NCBI GenBank assembly: GCA_963752035.1
Contig: CAVVWZ010000031.1
Coordinates: 3,115-67,114, forward strand
Length of the DNA: 64,000 nucleotides
Direction: 5' to 3'
Origin: an uncultured delta proteobacterium
GTDB taxonomy: Bacteria; Desulfobacterota; WTBG01
This document shows positions 1-10,762 of the stretch, piece by piece. The notes beneath the pieces are model-generated. The model did no database searches. It saw only the letters and a list, made by a program, of their open reading frames with translations, and was not told where the DNA came from. A program made the position numbers and the translations under genes. The first letter of the stretch is position 1; every line of letters begins with the position of its first letter.

Positions 1-64
1 TCCCCATCATGGGAGGTACCGGTAACATCTCCACCATTTTCTCAGCATCTTCCGCCCATCGCAT
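1..64 (-). CDS. N-terminal fragment of a protein that runs off the window (MRWAEDAEKMVEMLPVPPMMG...)
   Basis: Minus-strand ATG at 62-64 with a GGAG Shine-Dalgarno about 8 nt upstream. The W-x2-[ED]-A...P pattern resembles the PCP_red-like repeats of the 56871 gene. Confidence 0.35.
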   Translation of the reverse strand, partial: MRWAEDAEKMVEMLPVPPMMG

Positions 65-170
65 AAAACACTCCTTTCTTTAGTAATAATGTGGACATTT
101 CTGAAAAAAATTTTTATCATTACAGGTCAGCACTAAGGCTAAACACACCTAAACCCTCTCGTATGATCTA

Positions 171-1220
171 ATGTTACTTACTGAAATAGTACTGTTTTTG
201 CTAGGCCTCCTCCTGCTCGTCAAAGGATCAGACGTCTTTGTAACCACTGCTGTAAAAATAGCCAAGCAGTTGGGCGTTTCTGAATTCGTTATTGGATTAA
301 CCCTGGTTGCATTGGGCACATCCATACCAGAGGTGGGAACCTCAATTGCGGCATCCCTTAAACACCAGGGCGGGATTGTTCTCGGAAACGTTCTGGGTTC
401 AAACATAGCAAACATTAATCTGATCATGGGCCTCATCGCACTTCGCTTTATACTCAAGACAAACCGGCAAATGCTGGTGCGTGACGGTTATATTATGTTG
501 TGTGCAGTGCTGTTGTTCGCCCTTTTTATGGTTAACGGAATTATTTCACGGGTTGAAGCTTTTATCCTTCTGTTCCTGTATGGAGTTTATGTCTTATTCA
601 TTGTGGAAACACGCTCTGAACGCGACCGCCTGTACAGCTTTAAGGATTTCGTAATCTACTTTTTTAAGTTTAGCTATGTACGCTCTACAGGAAAAGTATT
701 TTTTCAAGAAACCAGTGCTAAGGCAAAAGATGATGGAGCAAAACCCTTATTAAGAGGTGCCCTCTTAATGAATCTGGGAATTGTCCTCCTAAGCACCGTT
801 GCAATCTGGTACGGAGCCAATCTTCTTGTTGAGGGCGCAATCTTTTTTGCAAACCTTCTGCACATTCCCGATCCTGTTATCGGACTGAGCGTAGTCGCTC
901 TGGGCACTTCCTTGCCGGAACTGGGGGTTGCCCTCTCAGCTGCCCGGAAAGGGCTTGGAAATATTGTAGCTGGAAATATCATTGGTTCAAATATCGCAAA
1001 TATTTTTTTGATTATCGGTATTACCGGTATGATTGCTCCCCTCTCAATCAGCACCTCCAGTATTATTATATCCACTGCCTTCCTGATCTTCATGACGGTC
1101 CTGTTTCTCTGGTTCCTCAGGTCCCGGTGGCAGCTGGAACGGATTGAGGGCATGGTCTTATTGCTCTTATATATCATTTTTCTTTGTTACGTATTCTTCG
1201 CGAGCAGAGGAGCTGTGTAA
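171..1220 (+). CDS. Ca2+/cation antiporter, CaCA (YrbG-like) family
   Basis: 349-aa polytopic protein. It has the two internal alpha-repeats GLTLVALGTSIPE and GLSVVALGTSLPE, each followed by G-N-x-x-GSNI. Confidence 0.8.
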   Translation: MLLTEIVLFLLGLLLLVKGSDVFVTTAVKIAKQLGVSEFVIGLTLVALGTSIPEVGTSIAASLKHQGGIVLGNVLGSNIANINLIMGLIALRFILKTNRQMLVRDGYIMLCAVLLFALFMVNGIISRVEAFILLFLYGVYVLFIVETRSERDRLYSFKDFVIYFFKFSYVRSTGKVFFQETSAKAKDDGAKPLLRGALLMNLGIVLLSTVAIWYGANLLVEGAIFFANLLHIPDPVIGLSVVALGTSLPELGVALSAARKGLGNIVAGNIIGSNIANIFLIIGITGMIAPLSISTSSIIISTAFLIFMTVLFLWFLRSRWQLERIEGMVLLLLYIIFLCYVFFASRGAV

Positions 1221-1246
1221 TTTTTTCCATCAAAAAAATTCGTTGC

Positions 1247-1948
1247 CTATTTCCCCAGTTCTTTTACCCTTCGGGCAGCCCCTTTCTGTAAGGGGGCACC
1301 GTGTCCGAACAGGCACATATCAAAATCGAGTTCAGCCAGTTTTTGAACCGACGACAGTGCTTCACGGTAATCAGCACACCCCAGTCGTGGTGGCAGTTTC
1401 AAGTCCGGCACTCCACTTAAGGCATCACCGGTGAAGATGATCTTTTTTTCCCGCTGGTAGAAGCTGAGACTGCCGGGAGAATGTCCCGGAGAGGAAATGA
1501 CCTTAATACCACCAAAGCAGTCAATAACCTCGCCTCCCTGACAGGGAATATCCACACCTACGGGCTCATACTTGAAGGAAAAGGTTTCCAGCAGGAAGAG
1601 AACTCCCTTGAAAACCTTTCCGGCAAGCCCTTCCCTGCCCATAGTCCAGGTTTTTCTCAATCCTTCAATATAAGCAGCTTCCCTGCTGCTGGCTACAATC
1701 TGTGCTCCACTCACCTTTTTCATCGCAGCAACTGATCCCATATGGTCCATATGGGCATGGGTGATAAGTATGTAGTTTAGTTCTTCACACCTTCTCCCAA
1801 TTTTCTTAATACTGTCAATTATCCTGTCCCCGTCACCGGGCATCCCGGTATCCACAAGGGTGAGATCATCGTCGACGAGAAGGTAACTATTTGATCTTCC
1901 TGCACTGATCAGGTAAACGCCAGTGGCTATCTCCTCAAAGGTACCCAT
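1247..1948 (-). CDS. MBL-fold metallo-hydrolase
   Basis: 233 aa with the THAHMDHMG zinc motif and downstream SPGHSPG / GD / FGHG motifs. Confidence 0.8.
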   Translation of the reverse strand: MGTFEEIATGVYLISAGRSNSYLLVDDDLTLVDTGMPGDGDRIIDSIKKIGRRCEELNYILITHAHMDHMGSVAAMKKVSGAQIVASSREAAYIEGLRKTWTMGREGLAGKVFKGVLFLLETFSFKYEPVGVDIPCQGGEVIDCFGGIKVISSPGHSPGSLSFYQREKKIIFTGDALSGVPDLKLPPRLGCADYREALSSVQKLAELDFDMCLFGHGAPLQKGAARRVKELGK

Positions 1949-2370
1949 ACATACCTCCTCCCTCAGCTATGCAGTATTATCCACATTAAACCAGAGAAAT
2001 AATTAAATACAAATCTAAAATTCCAATCTTCAAAACAGGTGTTTTGGTTATTTGAATTTGTCCTTCGACTTGGTTCAGGATGGTGAGCTGACCGAACCAT
2101 TTCGTGCTTAGCATTTCGGATTTTACCTCATCAGTTATCACTTTTTTCCTATTATATCTAAAGTGAACCCTGTCTTGTCAAGCAATGAAATTGCATCAGG
2201 CCATTTAAATGCTGTTTCTGATGGCCCTGGCCTTCCATTACTGCCTACTTATCTAGGCCTTATAGGCCCAAACCAGAAACTACATATAGTATGTTCCCTT
2301 ATCATATACACTAAATATTGCTATTTACCTAAATTGTGAAAAATTTTGTTATTTTATTTTATTTTTATAC

Positions 2371-2399
2371 TTGACAACATAGCACTTCACAAGTAAACT
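2371..2399 (+). promoter_or_regulatory. Putative sigma70 promoter of the dcw cluster (TTGACA-N17-TAAACT)
   Basis: TTGACA at 2371-2376, a 17-bp spacer, and TAAACT at 2394-2399, about 55 bp upstream of mraZ. Confidence 0.5.
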
Positions 2400-2429
2400 T
2401 GGGATAAAGTGGGATAAAGTGGATAGACA
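2400..2429 (+). promoter_or_regulatory. Three direct repeats with 10-bp phasing, putative MraZ operator
   Basis: TGGGATAAAG (2400-2409), TGGGATAAAG (2410-2419) and TGGATAGACA (2420-2429) lie immediately downstream of the -10 element. MraZ is known to bind phased TGGGN repeats in its own promoter. Confidence 0.55.
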
Positions 2430-2453
2430 GTGTTATAGATACGGAGAATAAGC

Positions 2454-2900
2454 ATGTTTCGTGGTAGATTTGAACACAATATTGACTCAAAAGGTAGAGT
2501 TAGTTTACCTGCGAAATACAGAGAAATCTTGAGCACTAATTACAATGATCGCATCGTCATTACCAATTACGACAGTTGTCTCATCGCCTATCCGTATGAA
2601 AAGTGGCTTGCCCTTGAAGAAAACTTCAAGGACTATTCCATCATGCAGTCAGAGGTAGAAATCTTTATGCACTACTTTATCTCCGGAGCTACTGAATGCA
2701 CCCTGGATAAGTTGGGCAGGATACTCATACCCCCGCAATTGAGGAAACACGCGGGGTTAGAACGGGAAATAATGTTTGTGGGGATGATTACACGAATTCA
2801 GATTTGGGACAAGCAACGCTGGGAGAAAAAATTCCAGGAAGCCCAAAATGACTTTGATCAAATCAAAGGAAAAGAACTATTGGCCAAACTGGGCTTTTGA
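2454..2900 (+). CDS. mraZ: Transcriptional regulator MraZ
   Basis: 148 aa beginning MFRGRFEHNIDSKGRVSLPAKYRE, with a second GRILIP SpoVT/AbrB-like repeat. It is the first gene of the dcw cluster. Confidence 0.9.
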   Translation: MFRGRFEHNIDSKGRVSLPAKYREILSTNYNDRIVITNYDSCLIAYPYEKWLALEENFKDYSIMQSEVEIFMHYFISGATECTLDKLGRILIPPQLRKHAGLEREIMFVGMITRIQIWDKQRWEKKFQEAQNDFDQIKGKELLAKLGF

Positions 2901-2915
2901 CATAAAAGCGAATTT

Positions 2916-3851
2916 ATGGAGACACTACACGTCCCGGTATTGTTAGCAGAAGCAATTGAATCTTTGCAGTGTAGAGCTAACGGCTTTTACCTGGATGCAA
3001 CCTTAGGGAGTGGTGGTCATGCATTAAAAATCCTGAAAGACAATCCTGAGATTAAGGGGCTTATTGCCCTTGACCGTGACCAAGATACCATCGAACAGGC
3101 ACAGAGCAGACTGGCCCCCTTTTCTCACAAGACATTTATCTTTCGGGATAATTTTATCAATATAAAGACTATTATACAACAAGTAGGCGTAAAAGAAGTG
3201 GAGGGGATCTTGATAGACCTGGGAATATCTTCAAGGCAGTTGGAAGATGGAAATCGCGGTTTCAGCTTTAATCTCAGGGGACCCCTCGACATGAGGATGG
3301 ATAGAAACCAATCGATGACTGCCTTTGATATAGTAAACAAAACCCCGGCGCCACAATTGGAACAAATCCTCCGTGATTACGGAGAAGAACACTATGCATC
3401 CCGGATTACCAGAACACTGGTTGCGCAACGAAAGAAAGAACCCATTTCCGACACGCTGCAGCTGAGCAAACTCATAACCGCATCAATTCCCCCCTCCCGT
3501 CGGCCACGACGGATTCACCCCGCCACTAAAACCTTCCAGGCCCTGCGTATCGCTGTAAATCAAGAACTCGATAACCTGGTAACGGTTATCGAGGAGGCTG
3601 TCAACCTTCTCTCACACAAGGGAAGGCTCTGCATTATTTCATTCCACTCCCTCGAAGACAGAATCGTCAAACACACATTAAGAAAAATCGCCCGGGGCCC
3701 CATACAACCCCCGGACATGTACACCGCCGGAAAAACCCAATCGGGAACCATACGGATCATAACCAAAAAACCCATCGTACCCCAACGTGAAGAGACGCAA
3801 ACAAATCCCCGGGCCCGCAGTGCAAAACTGAGGGTTGCAGAAAAAGTATAA
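2916..3851 (+). CDS. rsmH: 16S rRNA (cytosine1402-N4)-methyltransferase RsmH
   Basis: 311 aa with HVPVLL, DATLGSGGH, DLGISS and HSLEDRIVK motifs. It sits in the conserved dcw position. Confidence 0.9.
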   Translation: METLHVPVLLAEAIESLQCRANGFYLDATLGSGGHALKILKDNPEIKGLIALDRDQDTIEQAQSRLAPFSHKTFIFRDNFINIKTIIQQVGVKEVEGILIDLGISSRQLEDGNRGFSFNLRGPLDMRMDRNQSMTAFDIVNKTPAPQLEQILRDYGEEHYASRITRTLVAQRKKEPISDTLQLSKLITASIPPSRRPRRIHPATKTFQALRIAVNQELDNLVTVIEEAVNLLSHKGRLCIISFHSLEDRIVKHTLRKIARGPIQPPDMYTAGKTQSGTIRIITKKPIVPQREETQTNPRARSAKLRVAEKV

Positions 3852-3853
3852 CA

Positions 3854-4180
3854 ATGGTGAAAAGATCCGCTTCTCTGCTCAAACAGAAAAAGACCCGAAT
3901 GAGAAGAAAAACAAGACAAACCATGCCCCTGCCCTTTCTCATGGTAATCATCTTGTGCATCTGCAGTTTAATCTTTGTGGTATGGTCCCGAATTCAGGTG
4001 ACACAGCTTGGCTATCAATTATCACAGGCCAGCCAGGAGCAGGAACAGCTGCTCCAAAAAAACAGCCAATTAAAGATTGAAGAAGCAACCCTCAAAACAC
4101 TTGAACGTATTGAGGACGTAGCACTAAACCAGTTAGCATTACAAAAACCCGAACCTTCACAAAGGGTGATTATGCCATGA
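3854..4180 (+). CDS. ftsL: Cell division protein FtsL-like
   Basis: 108 aa with a basic N-terminus, one TM helix and a coiled-coil. It lies between rsmH and ftsI, and its stop overlaps the ftsI start (ATGA). Confidence 0.6.
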   Translation: MVKRSASLLKQKKTRMRRKTRQTMPLPFLMVIILCICSLIFVVWSRIQVTQLGYQLSQASQEQEQLLQKNSQLKIEEATLKTLERIEDVALNQLALQKPEPSQRVIMP

Positions 4181-6161
4181 AAAAAACATTCTCAAAAAAA
4201 TGGTTGCAGGTTCGTATAGCGTTAATCTGCTGCTTCTTTAGTCTGCTGTTTGGTGCAATCATCATCAGGGCATACCAGCTTCAAATCATAGAACAGGATA
4301 AGTTAAAAGAGATCATTTACGGTCAGTACTTAAAAATCGTAAAGCTCCCCCCCAGCGGGGAACTATCTATGATCGGAATAATAAGCCGTTGGCCAGAAGC
4401 CTTGAGGCAGATTCAGTATATGCCCACCCCGGGCAAATTAAAGACAAACAGGGAATTGCCAAAAAGCTCTCTCCCATACTTGAAGTCAGCTACCGGTATG
4501 TAATAGACAAGTTAACCTCTGAGCAGCCCTTTGTCTGGCTGATGAGAAAGATATCACCCGCCCAGGCACAAAAGATTGAAAAGCTCAAGCTGGAAGGAAT
4601 AGGCTTTATACAGGAAAGTAAACGATTTTATCCAAACAAAGAGTTGGCCAGTCACTGTCTGGGATTTGTAGGAGTTGATCGTAAAGGACTGGAAGGAATC
4701 GAACTTGCCTATGACAGTTACCTGAAGGGACAAGAAGGGTATATTCTTGTAGAAAGAGACGCCCTCGGAAGAAATATTCACACCCAGGATATCAAGCGGG
4801 TTAATTCCACCAAGGGCGCCAACATCCAGCTAACCATCGACAACACTATTCAGTACTGTGTTGAAAAAGTTCTTGATGAAGGAGTAAAGCAACGAAAGGC
4901 ACAGGCAGGCATAGCCATCGTGATGGATCCAAAAACCGGTGAAATTTTAGCTCTTGCCGTTCGCCCCACCTTCAACCCCAATAATTTCTTTAAATTTACT
5001 CCTGACCAGTGGAGAAACCGTGCAGTCACCGATGCCTACGAACCGGGATCAACCTTTAAAACATTTCTTGTTTCCTCAGTGCTTGAGGAGGGAATCTCAC
5101 GGCCCCAGGACATCTTTTTCTGCGAAAACGGTGCGTACCCCTTAGGCAACAGTGTCATTCACGATGTACACAAATTCGGATGGTTATCACTTACCAGAAT
5201 TATCACACATTCAAGCAATATCGGGGCATGTAAGGTAGCTGAGAACCTTGGAAAAGATAAGTTTTACAGTTACATCAGAAAATTCGGTTTTGGAAGCAAA
5301 ACAGGGATCGACCTTCCCGGTGAAACAAGCGGATTACTTCCCCTTCCCTACAGGTGGTCACCGGTTGACCTCGGGACAATCTCCTTTGGCCAGGGCATCT
5401 CTATTTCACCACTGCAACTGATTACCGCATTCTCAGCTATCGCCAACGATGGTGTTATGATGAAACCTCATCTGGTCAAAAGTATTTTTAACGATCAGGG
5501 AAAGATTGTTAAAAAAATTCTCCCGGAAGAGAAGGGAAGAATTGTCAGTCCCAACACCAGCCGGCAGGTGACCTCCATGCTTACAACGGTAGTAGGAGAG
5601 GGAGGAACCGGCGAAAACGCATCCATCAAAGGATTTAGCATTGCCGGAAAAACAGGTACCGCTCAAAAGGTTGATCGAGCAACAAAGAAGTACTCCGATC
5701 ACAAGGTAGCAAGTTCTTTCATTGGGTTTCTTCCCGCAGATGATCCAAAGCTCTCTATACTCATAATCATCGATGAACCCCAGGGTATCAGTTACGGCGG
5801 AACGGTTGCTGCCCCGATCTTCAAAGAGGCAGCATACCAGATTATCGACTACTTAAACATTTCTCCCAGGAAAAGCAGTACAACCGTGGCCAGAAACTTT
5901 ACTGCTCCCCCAACCACCGGTAGGAACACTTTAAAAAGTAACCCTCTCTTCACCAGGGTCTCTTTAAACACACAATCTGCTGTGTCAACAATCCCGGATT
6001 TTTCAGGGTTAAGCATGAGGGAGGCGAGAGATCTCGCCGCGGCACACAACCTCACCGTTTACATGAAAGGCAGTGGTACCGCCTGCAAACAATCTCCCTC
6101 TCCTGGTGCTCCAATCGAACACGACAGGAGCTGTGAAATCACATTTCAACCTCTATCATAG
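4177..6161 (+). CDS. ftsI: Peptidoglycan D,D-transpeptidase FtsI (PBP3-type), frame broken near 4347-4353
   Basis: The N-terminal TM segment is in ORF 4177-4503. The rest, including RGTIYDRNNKPLA when read across the shift and the STFK, SSN and KTGT motifs, is in ORF 4389-6161. The frames join at a C7 run. Confidence 0.85.
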
Positions 6162-6165
6162 ATCG

Positions 6166-7708
6166 ATGCAATTAGCCCAATTGATTGAAGGATTACAAAC
6201 CAGAAACATACAGGGATCTATTCGACGTGATATAAAGAATATTTCTTTCAATTCTAAAGAGATTGGAGCTGACTGTCTCTTTGTTGCGCTTAAAGGCACC
6301 CGAGTCAATGGCCATGACTACATCCCGGAAGCACTTGCTTCCGGGGCGCAAGCACTCATAGTTGAAGAAGATACGCAGACAGAACATGATGTCACGATCA
6401 TCAGGGTACCGGACACACGTATAGCCTTGGCAAACGTTGCTGACTGCTTTTACCAGCATCCCTCCCGTGAACTTACCGTTATAGGCATCACGGGAACCAA
6501 TGGTAAAACAACCATCAGCTATCTGATAGAATCCATTCTGAAAGAAGCAGGGCATAATCCCGGGGTAATAGGCACTATCGATTACCGGTTTGGCACCTAT
6601 CACCGGGCTGCTCCCAATACCACACCCAATGCCCTGGATTTACAAAAAATCATGAAAGAGATGGTCGATGCCAAGGTTTCTCATCTCATTGTTGAGGTAT
6701 CATCCCATGCCTTAGATCAACACAGGGTAGAGGCACTTAACTTCGACGTAGCCGTATTTACAAACTTATCTTCTGAACATCTTGACTACCATGACACCAT
6801 TGAACAATACGCAGAGGCGAAGAAATTGCTCTTTACCTACTACATCAATCAAAGCACAAAAGAGAAAACCTATGCAATCATAAACTGCAATGATGCCCTT
6901 GGGAACACGCTCTGCAAAGCAACAAAAGCCCAGCTCTTGCGTTACGGGAGCACTGAGGGTGTTGAAGTCAGCTTAGAGCATTCTAACCTGACCAGTGAAG
7001 GACTCTCCATGCTTGTCACCACGCCACAGGGAGAAGTTGAAATTACACTCCCCTCTGATTGGAACGTTTAACAGCGAAAACATTTTAGCTGCGGTAGGCA
7101 CTGCACTTACACAAGATAGTACCCTTGACACCATCAAGAAGGGCATTGCTCAGGTGCACTCTATTCCGGGCAGATTGGAGCGCGTGCCTAATAGCAGGGG
7201 GTTAACAATACTTATCGATTACGCACACACCAGTGATGCACTCGATCACGTACTGACCGTGCTCAGAAGTCTCTGTTCAGGAAGATTAATTACGGTATTT
7301 GGATGCGGTGGAGACCGGGATAAAACAAAACGGGGCCCAATGGGTGACACCGCAACCAGAAAGAGTGACCTTACCATTATTACTTCCGACAATCCCCGGA
7401 CAGAAGATCCTCTGGACATTATTGCACAGATTAAAACAGGTATTGATCAATCCGCTATTAACTATTTGGACTTAAACCAACTCAAGGAGGCCGGTCTCCG
7501 CAAGGCTTACACCGTTATTGCCCAGAGAAGAGCGGCGATCAGGACAGCCGTTCGCTTCACCAAACCGGGGGATATTCTCCTGGTAGCCGGTAAAGGACAC
7601 GAAGATTATCAGATTATAGGTACTAAGCGGCACCACTTTAGTGACCGGGAGGAAATCACCGAGGCACTGATCGGGATACCTGACGAGATAGAGGCACTGC
7701 CCCAATGA
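6166..7708 (+). CDS. murE: UDP-N-acetylmuramoyl-L-alanyl-D-glutamate--2,6-diaminopimelate ligase MurE, frame broken near 7050-7053
   Basis: GITGTNGKTT P-loop in ORF 6073-7071. PLIGTFNSENILAA and the DNPR motif are in ORF 6995-7708. Removing one C from the C4 run restores ...EITLPLIGTFNSEN. Confidence 0.85.
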
Positions 7709-9162
7709 TGAAGTTTACCGTAGAACAGATTACAAAAGCTGTTTCCGGACAATTGATACAGGGTGATCCCCTTCAGTCTGTACAAGGTGTTTCAACCGAC
7801 TCTCGAACCATTAACCCCGGGGAGCTCTTTATCGCCCTCAAGGGGGAGCGTTTTGATGGCCATACCTTCATTTCCGAATCGCTTGTACAAAAAGCCTCTG
7901 CCCTGCTGGTCAACAAAAAAAACAACCTGAAGAAACGCCTGTCACCGGGGTGCACAATTCCTCTTATTCAGGTTACTGATACACTGCATGCCTTAGGAGA
8001 CCTTGCCAACGCATGGATGAAACAAAACCGGGCAACGGTTGCAGCCATTACCGGAACCAATGGAAAAACCACCACCAGAGAAATGACCGCCACCGTTTTA
8101 GAACAGACGCATCACGTTCTCAAACCGCTGCACAACTGGAATAACTTGATCGGTCTACCCCTTACGCTCCTTCGTCTTGAACAGCATCACGAAATCGCCG
8201 TTATGGAAATGGGCATGAACAGGCTGGGTGAGATCAGACGACTTTCCCAGATTGCTCAACCACACATCGGGCTGATTACAAACATCAGCCCCGTACACCT
8301 CCACTACCTCAAAACACTTAAGAATGTGGCCAAGGCTAAAGGGGAACTGTTCGAGTCACTTACAGCTGATGACTATGCTGTGGTAAACAGTGATGATCCG
8401 CTTATTGTTGAACTTGCACAACGAAGTGGTGCAAAAAAGATCACCTACGGCCTCAATCCTAATGCACAGATAACCGCCACGGACATTTCCACTACTCCCC
8501 GGCATGAAACCTGTTTTATCCTTACGCGCGCACCCGAGAGCATCTCCATTACACTTAAAACACCCGGCACTCACACTGTTTACAATGCCCTCGCAGCGGC
8601 TGCAATAGCTACCCACTTTGGGCTCAGTCTCAAAACCATAAAAGAGGGGCTGGAACAATTCATGGCTTTTCCCGGCAGGATGGAAATCATCCCTCTTGCC
8701 AACAGTGTGACACTCATTAACGACACCTATAATGCAAATCCCCTGTCCATGGACAGGGCACTCAAAACCCTCGTTCAAATGAGCGGTACGGGAAGAAGCA
8801 TTGCAGTTCTCGGTGATATGCTGGAACTGGGAGAGTCCTCTCACCACTTTCACCAGCAGGTAGGAGCACTCGTTGCAGAACTGAACCTGGCAGCTGTTTT
8901 TCTCATGGGACCTCATGCACCTGTGGTAGCAGAGAGTGCACGCTCCCTCGGAACACCCCAGGAGGTCCTGCACATCGCTAAGAATCACGAAGAGGTTGCA
9001 CGTCAACTTGATCAGTGCATACGGGCTCACGACGTGATCCTCTTTAAAGGTTCACGGGGCATGCAGATAGAGAACTGTTTAGAACACTTTTTGCACCTGA
9101 GGAATACAGGTTCGAGCGGTTTATCGACTACGAAGTCAGTACAGTTGGGTTGCAACTGTTAA
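7705..9162 (+). CDS. murF: UDP-N-acetylmuramoyl-tripeptide--D-alanyl-D-alanine ligase MurF
   Basis: 485 aa with AITGTNGKTTT and NDTYNANP motifs. Its start overlaps the murE stop. Confidence 0.9.
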   Translation: MMKFTVEQITKAVSGQLIQGDPLQSVQGVSTDSRTINPGELFIALKGERFDGHTFISESLVQKASALLVNKKNNLKKRLSPGCTIPLIQVTDTLHALGDLANAWMKQNRATVAAITGTNGKTTTREMTATVLEQTHHVLKPLHNWNNLIGLPLTLLRLEQHHEIAVMEMGMNRLGEIRRLSQIAQPHIGLITNISPVHLHYLKTLKNVAKAKGELFESLTADDYAVVNSDDPLIVELAQRSGAKKITYGLNPNAQITATDISTTPRHETCFILTRAPESISITLKTPGTHTVYNALAAAAIATHFGLSLKTIKEGLEQFMAFPGRMEIIPLANSVTLINDTYNANPLSMDRALKTLVQMSGTGRSIAVLGDMLELGESSHHFHQQVGALVAELNLAAVFLMGPHAPVVAESARSLGTPQEVLHIAKNHEEVARQLDQCIRAHDVILFKGSRGMQIENCLEHFLHLRNTGSSGLSTTKSVQLGCNC

Positions 9163-9249
9163 CCTTCGCGGATCAATCTTCATTGTTAAAAAAAACCTGC
9201 GGACAGTCAACCACCGGCTGCTTCATCAGCAATAAACAGGGAGGTCACC

Positions 9250-9636
9250 ATGGCTGAAACCTATGTACCCAAAATTCTGGTTGTTGATGATGAGAAAGTA
9301 ATCCGGGACATTACCCAGGCATTTCTGACACTCAACGGCTATGATGTCAACACGGCGGAAAACGGGAAAGAGGCTTTTGAAAAACTGGTAAGCAGCCATT
9401 ATGATGTAGTCATTACTGATCTGCAGATGCCGCTTATGGGAGGAATGGAGCTGCTGGAACGAATATCCCAGATTCAAACGGATACCGTGACCATACTTTT
9501 GACCGGGAGTACAGTAAGCAAATCAGAGTGTTCGCATAAACCCTTTGCCCATCTCTGCAAGCCCTTTAGTCATAACCAGCTTATCCAGGTCATTCAAGAA
9601 GGGTTAAAACACCATTCAGCTATGGCACACAGCTGA
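9250..9636 (+). CDS. Stand-alone response regulator receiver protein (CheY-like)
   Basis: 128 aa with [22 protein letters not shown] and CKPF receiver landmarks. An AGGGAGG Shine-Dalgarno precedes the start. Confidence 0.8.
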   Translation: MAETYVPKILVVDDEKVIRDITQAFLTLNGYDVNTAENGKEAFEKLVSSHYDVVITDLQMPLMGGMELLERISQIQTDTVTILLTGSTVSKSECSHKPFAHLCKPFSHNQLIQVIQEGLKHHSAMAHS

Positions 9637-9655
9637 ATCACGAGGCACACTAAAC

Positions 9656-10732
9656 ATGCTCTATCATCTGCTCTACCCTCTTCATGAGGCTTACAACATT
9701 TTTAACGTATTTCGCTATATTACCTTCAGGACTATTTATGCCATTCTTACTGCCCTGTTGATTACCCTTGTTATGGGACCATGGTTTATAAAAAAACTTC
9801 GCAGTTTTAATGTCAAGCAGCACATTCGAGAAGATGGCCCCGCTACACACCTGAATAAACAGGGTACTCCCACCATGGGAGGCCTCTTAATCCTCCTCTC
9901 CCTCTCGGTTGGTACACTCCTCTGGGGAGACTTAACCAACATCTATGTCTGGCTGGTTCTGCTAACAACCTGGGGGTTGGGTATCATAGGATTTATAGAC
10001 GACATGAAAAAACGCCACAGCGGAAGCTCCCGGGGTGTTTCAGCACGATTTAAACTGGGGGGGCAGATCTGCTTAGGGTTGCTACTGGGCATTTTCCTCT
10101 ATCTTTCTCCCGACTTTGATAAAACACTTACCATTCCCTTTTTCAAGGAGATTTCAGTCAATTTGGGCATTTTATATATACCCTTTGTCATTTTAATCAT
10201 TGTCGGCACCTCTAATGCAGTAAACCTTACCGATGGTCAAGACGGGTTAGCTATCGGATTAGTTTTAATTGTTTCCCTCACCTACCTCCTCTTCTCCTAC
10301 TTTGCCGGCCACAGTAAGATTGCTTCTTACCTGCAGATTCTCTACATTCCCGGGAGTGGGGAATTAACCATATTCTGTGGAGCTCTTCTGGGGGCTGCCA
10401 CAGGATTTCTCTGGTTCAACACCTACCCCGCACAGGTATTTATGGGCGATGTTGGTTCTCTCGCCCTGGGAGGAGCTATAGGAACGGTAGCCATCATCAG
10501 TAAACACGAAATGCTGCTTGTCATAGTAGGGGGAATATTCGTTGCGGAGGCACTATCGGTCATCTTTCAAGTTTTATCATTCAAATTACGCAAAAAGAGG
10601 ATCTTCCAGATGGCACCCCTTCACCACCACTACGAAATGAAGGGGTGGGCAGAACCTAAGATCACTGTCCGATTCTGGATCGTGGCGGTAATCCTCGCCC
10701 TGGTGGCGATGAGTACGCTCAAGTTAAGATAA
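9656..10732 (+). CDS. mraY: Phospho-N-acetylmuramoyl-pentapeptide-transferase MraY
   Basis: 358-aa polytopic protein with [13 protein letters not shown] and [16 protein letters not shown] motifs. Confidence 0.95.
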   Translation: MLYHLLYPLHEAYNIFNVFRYITFRTIYAILTALLITLVMGPWFIKKLRSFNVKQHIREDGPATHLNKQGTPTMGGLLILLSLSVGTLLWGDLTNIYVWLVLLTTWGLGIIGFIDDMKKRHSGSSRGVSARFKLGGQICLGLLLGIFLYLSPDFDKTLTIPFFKEISVNLGILYIPFVILIIVGTSNAVNLTDGQDGLAIGLVLIVSLTYLLFSYFAGHSKIASYLQILYIPGSGELTIFCGALLGAATGFLWFNTYPAQVFMGDVGSLALGGAIGTVAIISKHEMLLVIVGGIFVAEALSVIFQVLSFKLRKKRIFQMAPLHHHYEMKGWAEPKITVRFWIVAVILALVAMSTLKLR

Positions 10733-10762
10733 CAAGCATCCTTTGGAATAGAAGAAACGCAA

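Noticed and set aside
704-1177. Long antisense ORFs inside well-supported genes. Examples are 704-1177(-), 8356-9030(-), 14565-15011(-), 23496-24065(+), 30046-30645(-), 32995-33492(-), 39666-40187(+) and 45104-45583(-).
   Set aside because: Each lies fully within a gene with strong family motifs on the opposite strand. None has a Shine-Dalgarno sequence, and all have shadow-ORF composition.
1990-2130. Hairpins and a possible dispersed-repeat-like segment (CAAAACAGGTGTTTTG, then GGTTCAGGATGGTGAGCTGACCGAACC) in the MBL/mraZ spacer.
   Set aside because: Only one copy exists in the window, and no second occurrence supports a repeat family. It may simply be the terminator region of the minus-strand MBL gene.
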